DNA from: the human T2T-CHM13v2.0 reference genome, Homo sapiens
NCBI RefSeq assembly: GCF_009914755.1
Contig: NC_060926.1
Strand: one strand, 5' to 3'
DNA length: 64,000 nt
Shown: piece by piece, positions 24,835 through 40,626 of the stretch
How positions within the stretch are numbered: the first letter of the stretch is position 1
Layout: each line of letters begins with the position of its first letter
The notes under the pieces: generated by a model
What the model was told of the DNA's origin: nothing
The model's input: the letters and a program-made list of their open reading frames with translations, nothing else
Databases searched by the model: none
Made by a program: the position numbers and the translations under genes

Positions 24835-25215
24835 GTTCTTTTATGACCTGGGAAAGAAATATACCTCATGTTAGTTTTCTGATCTTTAAATACCATGAAG
24901 TATTTAAATATGATGTTTCTTAGTGAAGTAGCTTATTAGAAAGACAAATAATACAGGGGTTAACCTGAATCTTTTTCCTTTGAAACAGCAGATATTTTTT
25001 AAATGTCTGAATTAATTGATCTTTAGAAACCTCTGGAATCCTTGTGTTGTTTTGTGAATCCAAGAGCACCCCTCATCTACACACCCTTTTTATGGTAGCT
25101 AAAGAGCCATTGACAAGAATATGTTCCTCAAACCCTTTCTAACAGAGGTCATTACTTTCTCTACTTTTCCTCATGTACACCACCAGAAAGAGGATTCTGT
25201 ATACTTGTTCTACAC

Positions 25216-25437
25216 CAGGGGTCATTATACTACAGTTTGAGGACCATTGGCCCACATTCTATTTTTGTAAAAGTTTTATTGGCATACTGCCACTCCCATT
25301 TGTTAGTAACATATTGTCTGTGGCTGCTTTTGTTCTACTGCAGCAGAATGGAGGAGCTGTGACAGAAACCATATACGCCCTGCAAGCCCAAAATATTTGC
25401 TGTCTTACCCTTTATAGAAAAAGTTTGCTGACCCCTG
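25216..25437. mobile_element. MER58-like hAT MITE
   Basis: CAGGGGTCA...AAAGTTTGCTGACCCCTG TIRs and typical internal AAAGTTTTATTGG / CCCTTTATAGAAAAAG. Confidence 0.75.
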
Positions 25438-27393
25438 CTTTACCCTGTTACTTTCAGATCACCATTCCACTGTTTATTTCTCCCCCAAAACACTTGCCTT
25501 TTGAAGTTTATTTTATCTACTTAATACTTTCTTCTCCATCTTGCTTTTCTGTTAACCTCCATGACATTTGTTCATCTTCATCAATGGCTTCAGTACCTGC
25601 TATAGTCTTCTCTCCACTGTTCCAGTGCCAGCATTTTCTACTTCATCCCATTCGTGACCCTTCTAAGACCTTAATTTTATATTTCTTGAACTCTTTGACT
25701 CTAATTATTATTATTTGCACTAAAGCCATCTACAAGTCTACTTAGAACAATCCCTAAGATTATGAACTCTAATACTTCCCTTCCTTGTCCTGCTACCCCT
25801 CACTCCTAGAGAACTTCTGTTTCCTGTTATTTTTATCTCTAGTTCATTCATTCATCTCAGTTTTCACATTCTATTAACTCATTCTATTAATGAGACTTCA
25901 TTCATCTCAGTTTTTACATTCTGTTAATATCAGGACTCACACTACTTTCCTATCCAGCTTGTTGGTCAATAACTGTAAAAGTTTTCACTGGTACTTTTTA
26001 TGCCCTTACCCTGTTATATTATTATACTTTCTGTTGCCAGGTATTACCTAGAATAACTGTAAATCCAAAAGAAGAGAGTGAGCTCTCTTCAGCATTTTGT
26101 AGAATTTCAGAACTGAGCTTATTGTCATCTGCATTTTCATTTTTTCAAAGTTATTAATTTGTGATCGGTTCTACAAGACAAAGTGCAATGAAGTGAAAGA
26201 GCGTTGATTTTGGCCTTGGTGCTGAAAAGCTGTAAGAGTTCTTAAGCCAACTGATTAAAACCTCTAGGTTTCTTTTTTCTTACCTACAAAAGGAAGAAGT
26301 GGATTTCTAAATCTATATATCATGAGTCTTCCTTTTAATCTTTTTTCTCCTGCATCACTCATCACTTTGTGTTAGTGTAATTTGTTTATATGTCCGCCTT
26401 TCTTGAATGCAAAGATTCTTTTTCTTGATCATCTGTGTATTCTTAGTACCTAGCACATTATAAACACTCAATAAAAATGTGGTCAATTTATAAATTGATG
26501 GTATCCAGCCTTAATCTAGATGCCATTTATACCAGCAGGCTGCTTACCTTATTAGCTTGATCACATTTCACAGTTTCAAATATTTTAATTATTCTTAAGG
26601 ATCCATTTCTTCAACTTTTTTTCCCTTTCTCTGTCCAACTCTCCCACCCCACCCCAATATACACATACCTCACACTCTCCCTTGCCCTCTCCCTCATTGC
26701 AGTGAGCTTACCAAATGTGAGTCATCTGGCATAAATGACTTTATTATAGTTTTCCTCCTCTGCACTTCAAATTTTAATTTTCACCCATTGTCTCCCATTC
26801 CCTTTCTGTAGCTGCTTTTGGGGGGCTGGTTCTGCTCTGTCGGCATCTGCCCCCTCATCTAGCCTTTTCTCACTGTTTTTAAATCTCTTCATTCTGAATA
26901 GACTTTTTCTTGACCCTGTTTTCTTCCCATACCAGAGGAGTAACACAGCTTGCTTTTACCTCCAAACTTTTTCAAAGAGATCAAGCCCTTATATCATCAT
27001 TTCAGGAATATGAAGGTCAATCTCATTGTTTTGCTTTCTTGCTGTTTTTGCCCCAGTGCCCCTACTCAGATTAGGGAGGAGTAATTTAAGTATTCCAGGT
27101 CTCTTAATTTTTTGCCTCTTTGAAATATTTTTACAAGGAAGAAGAGAATCTGCTGGTCAAACCATTGTAATTTTTGCAAATCTATTTGTTTTTCTGATAC
27201 TAACATATAAGAGTTTTGAATGATTTACGCATACTTCATGATAAGAAGTATAGCTTTGAGTATTATAGATGAGTACAGGGCCGTAAGACGATTTAGAAGA
27301 AAAAGGATTTCTTTTATACATAATTTCTGAACATCGGTATGTTTTCTTTGCATCTCTCTTAAAACTTTGAATTAAACATACTCAAAACACTTA

Positions 27394-27723
<330 letters not shown>

Positions 27724-28229
27724 TTAATCTGTACACATATGTACAGAAATGTTGGCTTCCAAGATGAATTTGTGTTCTTTGATACCTGCCCACAAAATGT
27801 TTGAGTTGTTATTTTTGTTTTTTCTCTTATTAATCTTTTAAAATGTGATTTAAGGTGCATTTCTTGTTATTTTAATGTAATTACAGGATTCCAAATGCTA
27901 GCTAGACCATAATTATCTGTTGGGAAATATGAAGACTGTTCTCAAACTTAACCTTTCTGCATATAGAAATCTAAGCAGAAAGAAATCTCAATAAACACTG
28001 TGCAGATGGTTCTTTCTGAGGACATGAGTTTTGTTACTTGTCACACTTTTTACCAACAGTATGTTTTAGAAGGCGTATGATAAATGCAGTGACATAAGGA
28101 GCTTATGTTAATGTATCAGTAGGCTGGCTTGACCTCTCATGCTGAGTTTCATTGCCTACCAGACCTGGTATTCTCCTAGCCAAGTGGAACCAAAGATTTT
28201 GTATACCACCCACACTCTGGCATTCTCTA

Positions 28230-28469
<240 letters not shown>

Positions 28470-30287
28470 CTATAAAATGGCAACTTTCAGTCTACAGTTT
28501 TTCAGGTGATACATCTTTTGTCTTTTTTGTTACTCATCTGAAATTTTATAACTTTAACAACATAATGTTTAACTTCAGATAATGGAGACAACATTAAATT
28601 CAATATTTCTGTGGATGGTAACTTTTAAATACATTTTCTATTTTGCATAATAATTGTGCCTTTTTTCTAAGTCAGCAGCAGTTTAACTTTTTAGCATTAT
28701 TATGACCTTTGCTCTTTTGTCGATTCCATTTGTGATCTTTTTAAAATTTATGTAGTATTGTGACTGGAACTTAACCTTGGTATTTAAATAAAATTTATTT
28801 TTAAGTAGCTGTTGTATAAAAAGAAAACATTTTACCATGTAGAGGAAACAGTATGACAAAAAGCGTATTAGAATGGGAGTCTCTGTGACACCTGGGTTTT
28901 GGGCTCACTTCTAGCAATAACTAGCAGCAAGATCCTTGTTTATAGCATACTCTAGTTTGGTGAAATAGTGGAGTGATTTTTTTGACAGAAATAGTTCTCA
29001 AATAAAGATTGCAAAAGGAATGGCTTCAGATTATCCGGAAGAAAAGTAGATTGTTTCCCCTTCTATATTTCATCATTCACTCCAAAAACTGGAGATAAAA
29101 TAATTAGTACAGACTTTTGATTTGAAAAGAAAATCTCAGGGTTAGACGTAGTACTTAATTTATTTAACAAACTCTTATAAAACACTGCATACTTCATATA
29201 GTCTTAAGCACTTTAGAAATATTAACCTTAAAAAAATTTTAGGTGTGGATGTGATATTGAATATTCTGCATAGTTTTCTAATAAATTTACTTACACAGAT
29301 GTTCATACATATGTGAATTTAATATATTATGCATTATATATTACACCCACCACTTAACATGTTTACAGTTTCAAAACAACTAAAATTTTAGAATTCCCCC
29401 TAGAATATTTCCATTAGAATCCAGTTTAACTCCTGTAGAGAACAGATGTCATGCATGTGAGATTATCTAAGTCTCTTTTAGGATTTGATTGTTATATGTC
29501 CACTGATAAAATGTAATCTACTTTTCTTCTGGCTATTGCAGGTATATCTGACTTTGACAGGTATAAAGTGATTGTCATAATTGAAGGAAAACCAGAATAA
29601 TCATCTCAGGATTACAGAACAACAAGAGACTCTTCTATTGTTAACTGTTTAAAATTTAAGGAGCCTGGGGGTGGAGAGAGATTAAAATCTCAGACCAAAA
29701 AAAAAAAAAGCATAATTTAGGGGCAGAGTTTTTAGATAGATTTGGCTGTTATTTTCAAGCATCAAGTAGGAGATTTTTTTAAAGTCAGGTAGGATTTCAG
29801 TGAAAAATATCTGGGCACTTGACAAAGTATCCAGAAGGTAGCAAGGCTGACACATCTACTTTTTGGTGCCTTCTGTTTCCAGAGTTGGTATGTGGCATTC
29901 TGAATAAGAATATTAAAATATTTCTTCCTAGGAACAAAATAACAAAATCAGCACAAACTTTTACTCAGAAAGAATAAATGATTGGGACTTAGTTCTATGT
30001 TCAGCAGCTTCTTAAAAAGGGATTAAAGCATCAAGTGGAAAGGGTCATTCATACTTTTCAGTGTATTACTGTAAATAAACTTTGCCTGCTTGTTGAATTG
30101 GGGGTAGGAAGGGATAGAGGTGGTAAATTTTAGATTTATTGAGCTGGAAGGAACCTTAGAGATTACCATTGATCTTGCAGATGAGTAAATTCAGGTATAA
30201 TTAAGTCTGAATATAGAGGTAAGGAGGGGAGGCATTTATTTATTGAAATGTAAATGTTATCTGAAAGTGTTATTTAGAACTGCCACT

Positions 30288-30445
30288 CAGAGTTTGCTCT
30301 TAAGATGGAGAGTGAGGATCGGCATCACCTGGGTACTTAGATATGCAGGCTCTTGGGTCTCATCTCAGACCTACTGTATCAGACTCTGCAGTTAAATAAG
30401 GTTTCCAGGTGATTCGTATGCAAATTAACATTTGAGAAGCAGTGC
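30288..30445. mobile_element. MER5-like hAT MITE
   Basis: ATCACCTGGG...CAGACCTACTG.ATCAGA..CTG...CCAGGTGATTC...TTTGAGAA motifs. Confidence 0.65.
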
Positions 30446-32494
30446 TTTGGAAGACTTTCTGGTAAGGTTTGTGTCTGAGTCTTAAAAGATGCACCTAAGT
30501 TTCCTGTTGTAGGGTTGGTTATAGGCACTTGGAATGTCTCATGGAAAGGAACTAATGGGAGGCCTCTCAGAATAAATTAAGTCAGAGAAACTGGTGTTTG
30601 GAGAAAATCTAATCAATTGGATTTTCTCACTCTTAGCCATAGCATTCAGATTTTTTGTCATTTAGTGGAAAAGGACCTTGGACACAGGCAGCTTCAAAGC
30701 GAACTAACAGTCTAAGTATAGTGAAAAGAATCATTTTAGAGTTTGCAGTGGAAACTACTAAAAATGAGGGTACATCTTGAGCTGAAGTTCTAGATTTAGG
30801 ACTGTAAGTAGGGTGGTAGGAAAATACTCGTCTAGAGCTATAATCAGAGATATTGATTGCAGTTAAGGATTTAAAAGGCAGGTAATTATTGTGTTATATC
30901 TTAGATTTCCTTCCTTGAAGTCCTTACTCTCTCTGTAACATCTTTTAAAATAGTTTGCCAACTATTTAAACCTGTCTATTTAGCTATTCTAGTTATGGAT
31001 TATACTTCTGAAGATTAAGGTTTGGAAAATTCTAGTCATAAATCTAGTTGCCATAAGCAGGAAGCCATAAGAAAATTCATATAAAAAGTACGTGTCTTTG
31101 GAATTTGACCATCTGATCCACATACTCCTAATTGTGGGCTAAGAAGGAAAGTTTTTTAGTGCTGATTTAAGTAACCCTATGAAGCCCTGTTAGCCTCACT
31201 TTAAACAGAATTTATAAACTCATTCCCACTTAAAATTCACTAGAATTTTCTTATTACAGTTAGTGCTTTATTGTTAACAGAAATATTGAGATGTGATACA
31301 GAATTTTCTTTAAGAAAGAATGAGACTGAAATTTATAAGAGAGATGAATCTTTACAATTCCAAGCCTTTCTCATTTCAAGTTTCGTGAAACACTGGTGGA
31401 TAGTTTTAATGAAACTAATATAAAAGAAAAAGATAACTGCATTAAATTAATAGAAACCTTATATACAACACAAAAAAGAAAAAGAGGCTTTTTTAAATGC
31501 CTAATATATTTGGGTAATCTAAGAATTTATAGAAATTAAAAACAGTTCTAGACACACTTGTTTTATAAAGGGGCTTTTCCTAGTCTAGAGACTTTCATTC
31601 TAAAATCATTTTTTAGTTAGTATTAATTTAGCTCAAAGTCAGAAAAGTTTATTTCTGTTTAGAATAACTAAATTAAAGGTTAAGTTGGTATGGTGAAATA
31701 CTTTATTTCAAAACGTTTATTTTAGGAGTTTTGGTTTTAAGAATTTCTAATTACATTATTTGTTATAATGTATTCTGTCCAATGTACTTCCACAAAGACT
31801 TAAGACATTGAAAATTTGAAATAATGAAGTGAAACAGTTACATACTTAAATGGAAAGAAAGAAATGTGTATCTAAGGGTCAGTCTGAGGGAAACAAGTTA
31901 CTAGGTTCTTCAACTAAATTACTGTTATTCTGGGGCTCTAAATTAGACTCTTTCATTAAAATTAAGAAAGAATAATAGCATTTCTGTCAATGCCTGAAAT
32001 AATTACAGACTGAATATTAAAGCAACAAAACAAGTCCTAGATGGGTCTTGTCTTATAGACAATTGTTTAATTATCTAAAGAATATCAGTAGCACAAATAT
32101 TTTATTGTTTAAAATGAAGACTGCTTTAAATTCTGCCATGCATGAGGGATGGTAGGAGTTGTCATTCAGTTATATAAATTTTTATTTGTCTCCCAGACAA
32201 GGTTCAACAACTTCATAGGTATGGGCCTAGGTCTAATACCTTCCACAGAAAAGAGATCTTGCAGTCATCTGAAGGATTTGTACAAGTATAGGTTGACGCA
32301 CAAGTATTCTTTTCCACTTAATATGAAATATAACTTTAACTGAAAAGAATACTGAGTTCTAACTTGTCCCTAGGGGGGAAAAAATTCTGTGATCCTCTGA
32401 ACAGTTACATGGGGTTATTTAAGGTATAAATGTTGGTTCTGTATGCCAAATATGACAGTTTTGGCTGGTCAGATTTCTCATTGACATTTGAGAA

Positions 32495-32760
32495 AGCGGA
32501 ATAATAAAGGTTAAGAGTGTGAATTCTAGAATCAGTCCTCCTGGGTTTAAATCATGTCTCTGCCACTTACTTTGTAATCTTGAACAGATTACTTATCCCT
32601 CTGCTTCTCTGTCCTCTGTAAAGTGGGGATAATAGTACCTGTTTTATAGGATTTCTTTAATAGAGTTTATATGGATGATGATTAAATACATGTGAAGTGT
32701 TTAGAACAGTTCCTGGCATAAAGAAAACACTCAATAAATGTTAGTGCTTATTACTATTGT
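32495..32760 (+). mobile_element. MIR
   Basis: GGTTAAGAG...CTGGGTTTAAATC...CTGCCACTTAC...CTGTAAAGTGGGGATAATAGTACC...CCTGGCATA...CACTCAATAAATGTTAG. Confidence 0.8.
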
Positions 32761-34094
32761 TTAACAGAAACTAGCCAACTAACTCAACCATGAAAACACT
32801 CCTACATAGAAACAAGCCAAATCATCAGTATGAAATAAGAGTGTTTGTCTTTCTACCTGCTGTAGCAAAAGTGCATGCATCTGATTCAGCTTAAAACTTT
32901 AAGCTGTACTTTCCGGGGGTGAGGGAGGATGGGCTGAGAACAGTTAACTCTGTTTAACTTTCAATTGAATTTGTCATAAAAGTATGTTTTTTACTAACGT
33001 TGAATTTTAACTGCTGTTTATTTTATATACGGTACAGGAAAATAACCTGTATGCATTGCATGCCTGGGTTTTTTGTTGGTTTGGGTATTTTTTTGTTTGT
33101 TTTTGCTTTCTTTTGAATTAGTACAAAAACCTGAGGAGTTTTACTAGAAACCCCGTATCTTGATGAGGCAGACTTATTTTATCTGAAACCTGCTTAACCT
33201 TTGGGCAGCTTTTTAGTTTGGGAAGTCAGGTTACACTATTTGTCCGGAAAATAATTAGCATCAGTCCATAAATCTGGGACATAAAATGTTTCCCTTTGGA
33301 GGATGTAAAAGACTATTTTTAAAGGCATTCCAAGTGGGCTGTTCCTATAGTTTACAGAGGTACTCAGTTCATGAACTTATTGCAGCAGGACAAATCATAA
33401 ATACTTCTTATGTCCAAAAAGAACATAATTTTCAAATATACATTTATCTCAGAAATTCTAATGCTTCTGTCTTTATCTTCCAGAAAAGAAAGACATAGTT
33501 CAGTTCAAATTATTGTTTAAAAGTTTCTGTTTTGTTTTTTACTTTTTTCACTACATTTGAGCATATGAGTTATCCTGGGGTTCAGTGTCTAATATGATAG
33601 TGTTTTAAATGTTTTAAGCATTTTAATGCTTACAGAATTTTTTCCTGGTTTTTAAAATTTCCACTTTACAAAAAGAAGTGCCTTTAATTCATTGCTTTTC
33701 TCCTCCATTTCAGAATTGGGTAGGCTAACATTTTACTGCATAAATGAATAACTGCCATTTTTCTCTTACTGCTATACATTTGTTTCATCTCTGATTAGAC
33801 TTGCATCTCAACTAAATCATATTTAATTTGCATGCAGTACTCTACCAGTTACTATTAGTGCTTATAAGATGCTGGGCCCTGCTTGACAAGGTGATTGAGC
33901 TCTGAAATAATAAGTGATTGAACTCTGAAATAATAAGTGACTTGCCTGATCCAACACGGGAGAACCAGGATTCAGACCCTGGGATGTCTTGCTTCAAACA
34001 GCCATCTTTCAGCCATTTTATATACTCTTTCAGCTATACCACGGATACTGTTTGAACTTATAGATCATGAGGCATCAATTGAAACTTAAGTTAT

Positions 34095-34397
34095 AGCCAG
34101 GTTTGGTGGCTCATGTCTGTAATCCCAACACTTTGGGAGGCCGAGGCAGGTGGATCACCTGAGGTCAGGAGTTCAAGACCAGCCTGGCCAAAGTGGCAAA
34201 ACCCCATCTCTACTAAAAATACAAAACTTAGCCAGGTGTGGTGGCCTGCGCCTGTAGTCCCAGCTACTCGGGAGGCTGAGGCAGGAGAATCGTTTGAACC
34301 TGTGGGTGGAGGTTGCAGTGAACTGAGATCATGCCACTGCCCTGCAGTCTGGGCAACAGAACGAGACTCCGTCTCAAAAAAAAAAAAAAAAAAAAAA
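34095..34397 (+). mobile_element. Alu (AluS-like)
   Basis: Full dimer with long poly-A. Confidence 0.92.
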
Positions 34398-34456
34398 CTT
34401 ATAAATAAACCAATAACACCCAATGGATGGCCAGATGCCATATCTTCCCGTGTTAC

Positions 34457-34757
34457 TTTTTTTTTTTTTTTTCCCTGAGACAGAGCCTCACCCCGTCACC
34501 CAGGCTGGAGTGCAGTGGCACCATCTCGGCTCACTGCAACTCTGTCTTCCGGGTTCAAGCTATTCTCCTGCCTCAGTCTCCCGAGTAGCTGGGACTACAG
34601 GCGCGTACCACCATGCCCAGCTAATTTTTGTATTTTTAGTAGGGACAGGGTTTCGCCATCTTGGCCAGGCTGGTCTCGAACTCCTGACCTCAGGTGATCC
34701 ATCCGTTTCAGCCTCCTAAAGTGCTGGGGTTACAGGCATGAGCCACCGTGCCCAGCC
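34457..34757 (-). mobile_element. Alu (AluS-like), inverted relative to its neighbour
   Basis: Poly-T followed by reverse dimer. TSD TCCC(G/C)TGTTACTTTT. Confidence 0.92.
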
Positions 34758-35751
34758 TCCCCTGTTACTTTTTAAATCACTTATAAAATGAAACAAAGAT
34801 TCAGAGAAGCTCTTAAATGGTGAACATCCTGTCTTTTTTATATCAGCATAAGGTGTTGTTTTCTTGCTCAAGTATTTCTAACGTAGGTATTTTCAAGCCT
34901 TGTGTTATAAGCTGTTGATTTGTGATCATGGATTTTAGGAATTATGGACAAGACAATAAAAAACTACAACTGTAAAGATCAAGTCCAGTGCTCCCAGATA
35001 GGAAGAAGTGGCAGAAAAATTGACCTAGCACAACTCATTTGAAAGACAATGTTGTGCCTGAGTTGTCATAATCTTGGGAAAATATGAATTCAAACCGTAT
35101 ATTGTTAAATATTATACAGATCAGTGGTTGAATAAAATATCTCTCAGTATAAGGACAGAAGGTCCACTTTTATATTTTACTGCTCTTATTTTTAAAATTT
35201 CATTTTATTAGACTACGAGCTAGTATAGTTTTTGTGTTACTTTCATTGAATTCCCCTGCGATAGCTAAAATTATTGCTCATAGTGATAGTTAATCTTTTA
35301 TCATAGAACCAAGAACGCTTGTTTGTACAAACGTTAGAAGTCCTAAAGATTAACACTACAATAAGAGTGTAAAGTCTAATTCTGCCTTTTAAAGTTATCA
35401 GAAGTTCTTATAAATGCATTAGTTTAGAAAAATCTTTGTGTTTATTAACTTGCAAAAGGTTATAAAAATATCTTGGTATTTGAAGTCAGGTTTCCATTTG
35501 TAATACATGCAGTTCCCAATTTATGAATTCATCCTTTGAAGTTTGTTAGAGGGCAACATGTGTTTTTTTCCTACATTTTTTCATAGAAATTGAATTATGC
35601 TTTAAATAATGCAATAATGTATTAGATAGTAGTTCACAGATTTGTTCATTTTTTAAAAATCTACAAACCCCACTATACAACTTATTTCTGATAGTAAAAG
35701 TGTTTGGGGCTATAAAATATTTTATTTTGTAATTAGAAATTAACAAACATG

Positions 35752-35892
35752 AGCCAGGCATGGTGGAATGTGCCTGTAATCCTAGCTACTTAAGAGGCTG
35801 AAGGCAGAGGATCACTTGAACCCAGGAGTTTGAGGCCAGCCCAGGCAACATTGCCAGACTCCATCTCTATTAAAATAAATAAATAAAAATAA
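35752..35892 (+). mobile_element. FLAM monomer
   Basis: Single Alu monomer with (AAAT)n tail. Confidence 0.8.
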
Positions 35893-37865
35893 ATTTAAAG
35901 TTAATAAACATTTGGAAGAATGAAATAATATTAAAATGTCTATCAATTATTTAAGACATAAATATGAAGACATTTCACATATTTTATGTTAACATATGTT
36001 GGGTTTTCTGCTAACTTGTATTGCTAAGGATATGTTGGGTACCAGCATTTTAAATATACACTTAAAGTTTTCAGCTGCTGGATACCTATTTTTCTATAGA
36101 ATACATGGAATCTATTAAACAGGTAAATCTTTGTTACCTGTTTTTGTATTTTGTTTGTTAGCTCACTTTAATTCTATGGTACTTTGCCTTTTAAGATTCC
36201 TTAACTATTTAGCTGATAATTTAAGTATCTACCATGGTACTTTGCATATAATAGATGTTTGATATTTATGGACTCAAAGATTTTAAAGCTAAAATTCACT
36301 TCTGCATAATTCTTTCAATATCATGTATTGAATGACGTATTAAATTTTATGGTAGTCTGAAATAAGCATTTTGACATTTTCTGTGTGCCTAGCAAAGCAC
36401 AGTTTGAAGAGTATGATTTTACATCTTAAGCTACTATTATGCACATGGAGATGAGAGCTAGAATCATATGCCTGTACAGTATTTATCAAATATGCATATA
36501 TATTTCTACATAATACTTTCTTTTAAGCTTTATTCAGAATTAGGGTTATGTTCTCTATTATAGTAAGATTTCTTAATTATTTTTCATGGTTTCATGCAGC
36601 ATTAGATTATTTAAAAGATTACAAATTTATAAAACAGGGAGATAGAAAGACTGTTAATTATTAGAAAGTCTAATTAAAGCAGTAGAACTTTACTCATTAC
36701 TGCTTGTCCTGCCACATAATTTTCTTGATTTATTTTAAAGCCCAGGTAAATGTTGATTTAAAATGGAAGGTGTAAACCTGTTACTATCTGATAATAGTTT
36801 TAGATATCTTTCTGTTATTACTTATAAAATTGTAATGTGTAAAACCTGGGTATAATAGTTGGAATAGCAGGGGTTTTTTACCTTCTAATATGGATTCTAG
36901 TTTAATAAATTTTACTTCTGTAACTTAAAATATTTTTATCTTCATATAAGTAAATATAATTCTAAGAAACTATATCTGCCACAAGTAATCATTTTGCTTA
37001 GGCAGTTTATGAATGGAATATCAGTTTATACCAAGCATTGAATAAGTTAAATATCCTTTTAATGCTGATTCCAAGGGTCTAGGAGCCCTCATAATTCATC
37101 AGCAGAATTATTTGTGTTTATCCAAATTTTATAACTAGAGATGATATGCAGAAATCTGGAACTACTTATATCTTTTTTTTATTATAGCAAACTAAGATTT
37201 CAGTGTCAAACTATACCTTTTATTATCGCAATAACTAGGTTTTAATCCACTTACCAACTTAGAGGCCTATCAGGAACACAGATGCCCATATATCATAAAA
37301 AAATTGAATCGATAGATCATCTCTTTGGACACTCTGAGCCAAACCATTTCCTTCAGCAACTAAACATAATTTTTCTTAACATGACACATATGTAGGAATT
37401 GTGTTCAAGTTTATAATATACAAACTATTAAGAGCTATAATAAGAATTTTTGGACAGTTCCAATTTTAAACTGGGGTTTAGTGATTTAAATTGGGATTTA
37501 GTAATTCAAAGACCTTATCGTTAACCCAGCGCATATCTGTCCCGGAAGTGTCCTAGTTATTGCTTTGAGGAAAAAAAGTATCAGTGTAGAAAAGTTAAAG
37601 TATAGGCCTATTTACTATAATTTATAGATAATATATTCAGAATCTATAAATATCACTAACTTGAATGACTTTTTAAATGATTTTATTAGATAGCTTAGGA
37701 GGGAGAAAAATAGTTTACAAAAAATATTTTTTGCTCTTTAAAACTGCTGATCAACCATAGAGAATGATATAAAACAAGGGACTGTTTACTTGCCGTATCT
37801 TTAAATAGTCCAAGTTCATCTTTTATTTCAAGAAAAGTAAAGATTAAATGAGTGTCCATTCTCTA

Positions 37866-38636
<771 letters not shown>

Positions 38637-39477
38637 CTAGATACAAAATACATAGACTGCATTATTTTATTCATTTCTGAAAGTGGTAAAAACACTTGAA
38701 CTTCATAGCCCTTCCCTTCTTAGTAAGTCTGTTGTGCATTTGTGACAATGCAGCCAATTCTCCAAATATACTGTATTTCTGATGTTGCTCAGTTAATGAA
38801 ACAGAAGACACATTAATTTTTTCAATGGTTATAATAAAAAGTTAGGTGTTTCCTGACCCTTGAATGTCTTTTTACCTTTACTTACAGAAGAATAGAAAAG
38901 TCGAAACACAATAGTTCAGAATAGAACTTTTAGTATGCGCTGGCCACCCACCTAGAAACACTCAAAGCCCAACAAGGGTCTAAATAAATGTTTTACCAGC
39001 TAGGGATCCTTATATGTAATTAGCTTTGTCTTATCAGGTTTGTGAGTACTGATATAAATGTCATTTTAGATTTCCTTTAGTTTGAGAGAAGGAAAAAAAA
39101 AGGTATTACTAGGATCCAAATAATTGTGTTTAGTAATTTCATCTCTCATGGTATGTCTTTGCAACAATTGTGTTCTAAATTTAATCACTAAATTTGCCAA
39201 ATTCAAACCAGTTCTTTTTTTGTTTTAAGTAGTGTTTATTTTTTTAACCTTCCCAGTTGCCTTGAGAAGAAAGGGAAACCAAAAGGAAGATTAGACCATT
39301 TATTTGTTCATCAAATGTACAAATCACGTTTTTAAAAACTCTCCTTTAGCATTAGTAAATTTTTCATTTTGATTTTTAAACCGCTGAATAGAAATGAAAG
39401 ATTATGATAGCAGAATTCTTGAAGATTAAAAAAAAAAACCTTTAGATTAATTCCATATGTGTTTATTAAATGCTTAC

Positions 39478-39560
39478 CTCTGGTTTCGTTGTTATTTTGC
39501 TGAGCATGTCATCTTATCTGTTCACTAGACTTGCTTGCTGCTGTGACTGAAATCCTCCTC
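39478..39560 (-). other. HTR2B: HTR2B non-coding exon 1 (5' boundary/TSS approximate)
   Basis: Strong minus-strand donor GAG|GTAAGC at 39478/39477. The junction AAACCAGAG-GGGGAACTCTC matches my recollection of the HTR2B mRNA 5' UTR. The TSS cannot be determined from sequence. Confidence 0.7.
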
Positions 39561-40626
39561 CCATTGACTTATTCTGAGCCTCCAGCACAGGCGGTTGAAA
39601 GCAGTGAAACAAATACGTTGTATAGCTGCAAGCATGCCAAGGAGGTTATTTCCTCTTTGATACATTCATTTTTAGAGAGTAGCAGCATTCATTGTAATTC
39701 ATAAAACCACTGTTAAGCATGTTGAACCAGTTCATGGCCCTTATTCAAGTTATATTTTTAAGAGCTCTCTTTAATATTTGGGGGGACTGTAATAAACTTG
39801 ATCATTTTAGCTTCAGATAGTTTTGTTTGGGGTTAAGCCTGAGCTGTTTTTCACATTTGAGAAAAAATAAGATATAATCTAGCTATTTTAGAGGTTTCAT
39901 TCTTTGAAGATTCTGCCGTTTTAAAAGCCTATAGTGATTTCTACAGTTCTGATTTCTAGCAGTGAAACAAGATTCTTATCTAGCTTTTGTGCCTTTGCTG
40001 TGGAACACCATTAATTTGCTCTGGTTGCAACCTTATATAGAAGAGCACAGAAAGGCCTGAATTCTACATGTATACATAGGTTTTAGCAGAAACTTTTTTA
40101 CTGCTTATTTTTAAACAGATGATCTCTGGGTTTAGGAGTGGTTCACAGCTTTTTTTCCCCATAGACTTTACGTTGGAGAAAATACAAGTAATGAAAATAC
40201 GTTTTTGCCTTATTTCAGAAAATTGGTGTTTAAATCTTAATAGTTATGCTATTTAAGTTTTCTGTAACCATAAGACTAGCTTAGTATTAGAACCTCAGCA
40301 TTCTCAAGGTTTCCTTTTAAAAGATCATTATAGATGCATATTTTAAAATTAATTACTTATAAATCAGTGATGACATTTGTGCCCTTTTCTTGTTTCAAAT
40401 TTGTATTCCTTTGCTCATGTTGAATGTTATTGGAAAATACTTAGTTCATTTTAGCTCTGCTGAGCACTTCAGATTTTATTCAGTATTTGCTGCTTTTTTA
40501 AAAACTCAAAATTTACTATATTAGAAAAAATACTTGTGAAGAATTCTAGATGAAATAATATTCAAGAGAAATCAGATGTTTTTTAATGTACCAGAATTTC
40601 TATTCAGGAATATGAAAATATTTTAA

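Noticed and set aside
25173-25745. 190-aa ORF on +
   Set aside because: Runs through a MER58-like MITE and T-rich intron sequence, with no recognisable domain or splice support.
33891-33940. 23-bp tandem duplication GTGATTGA(G/A)CTCTGAAATAATAA (a similar ~31-bp duplication lies at about 25843-25927)
   Set aside because: Ordinary local slippage with no sign of function.
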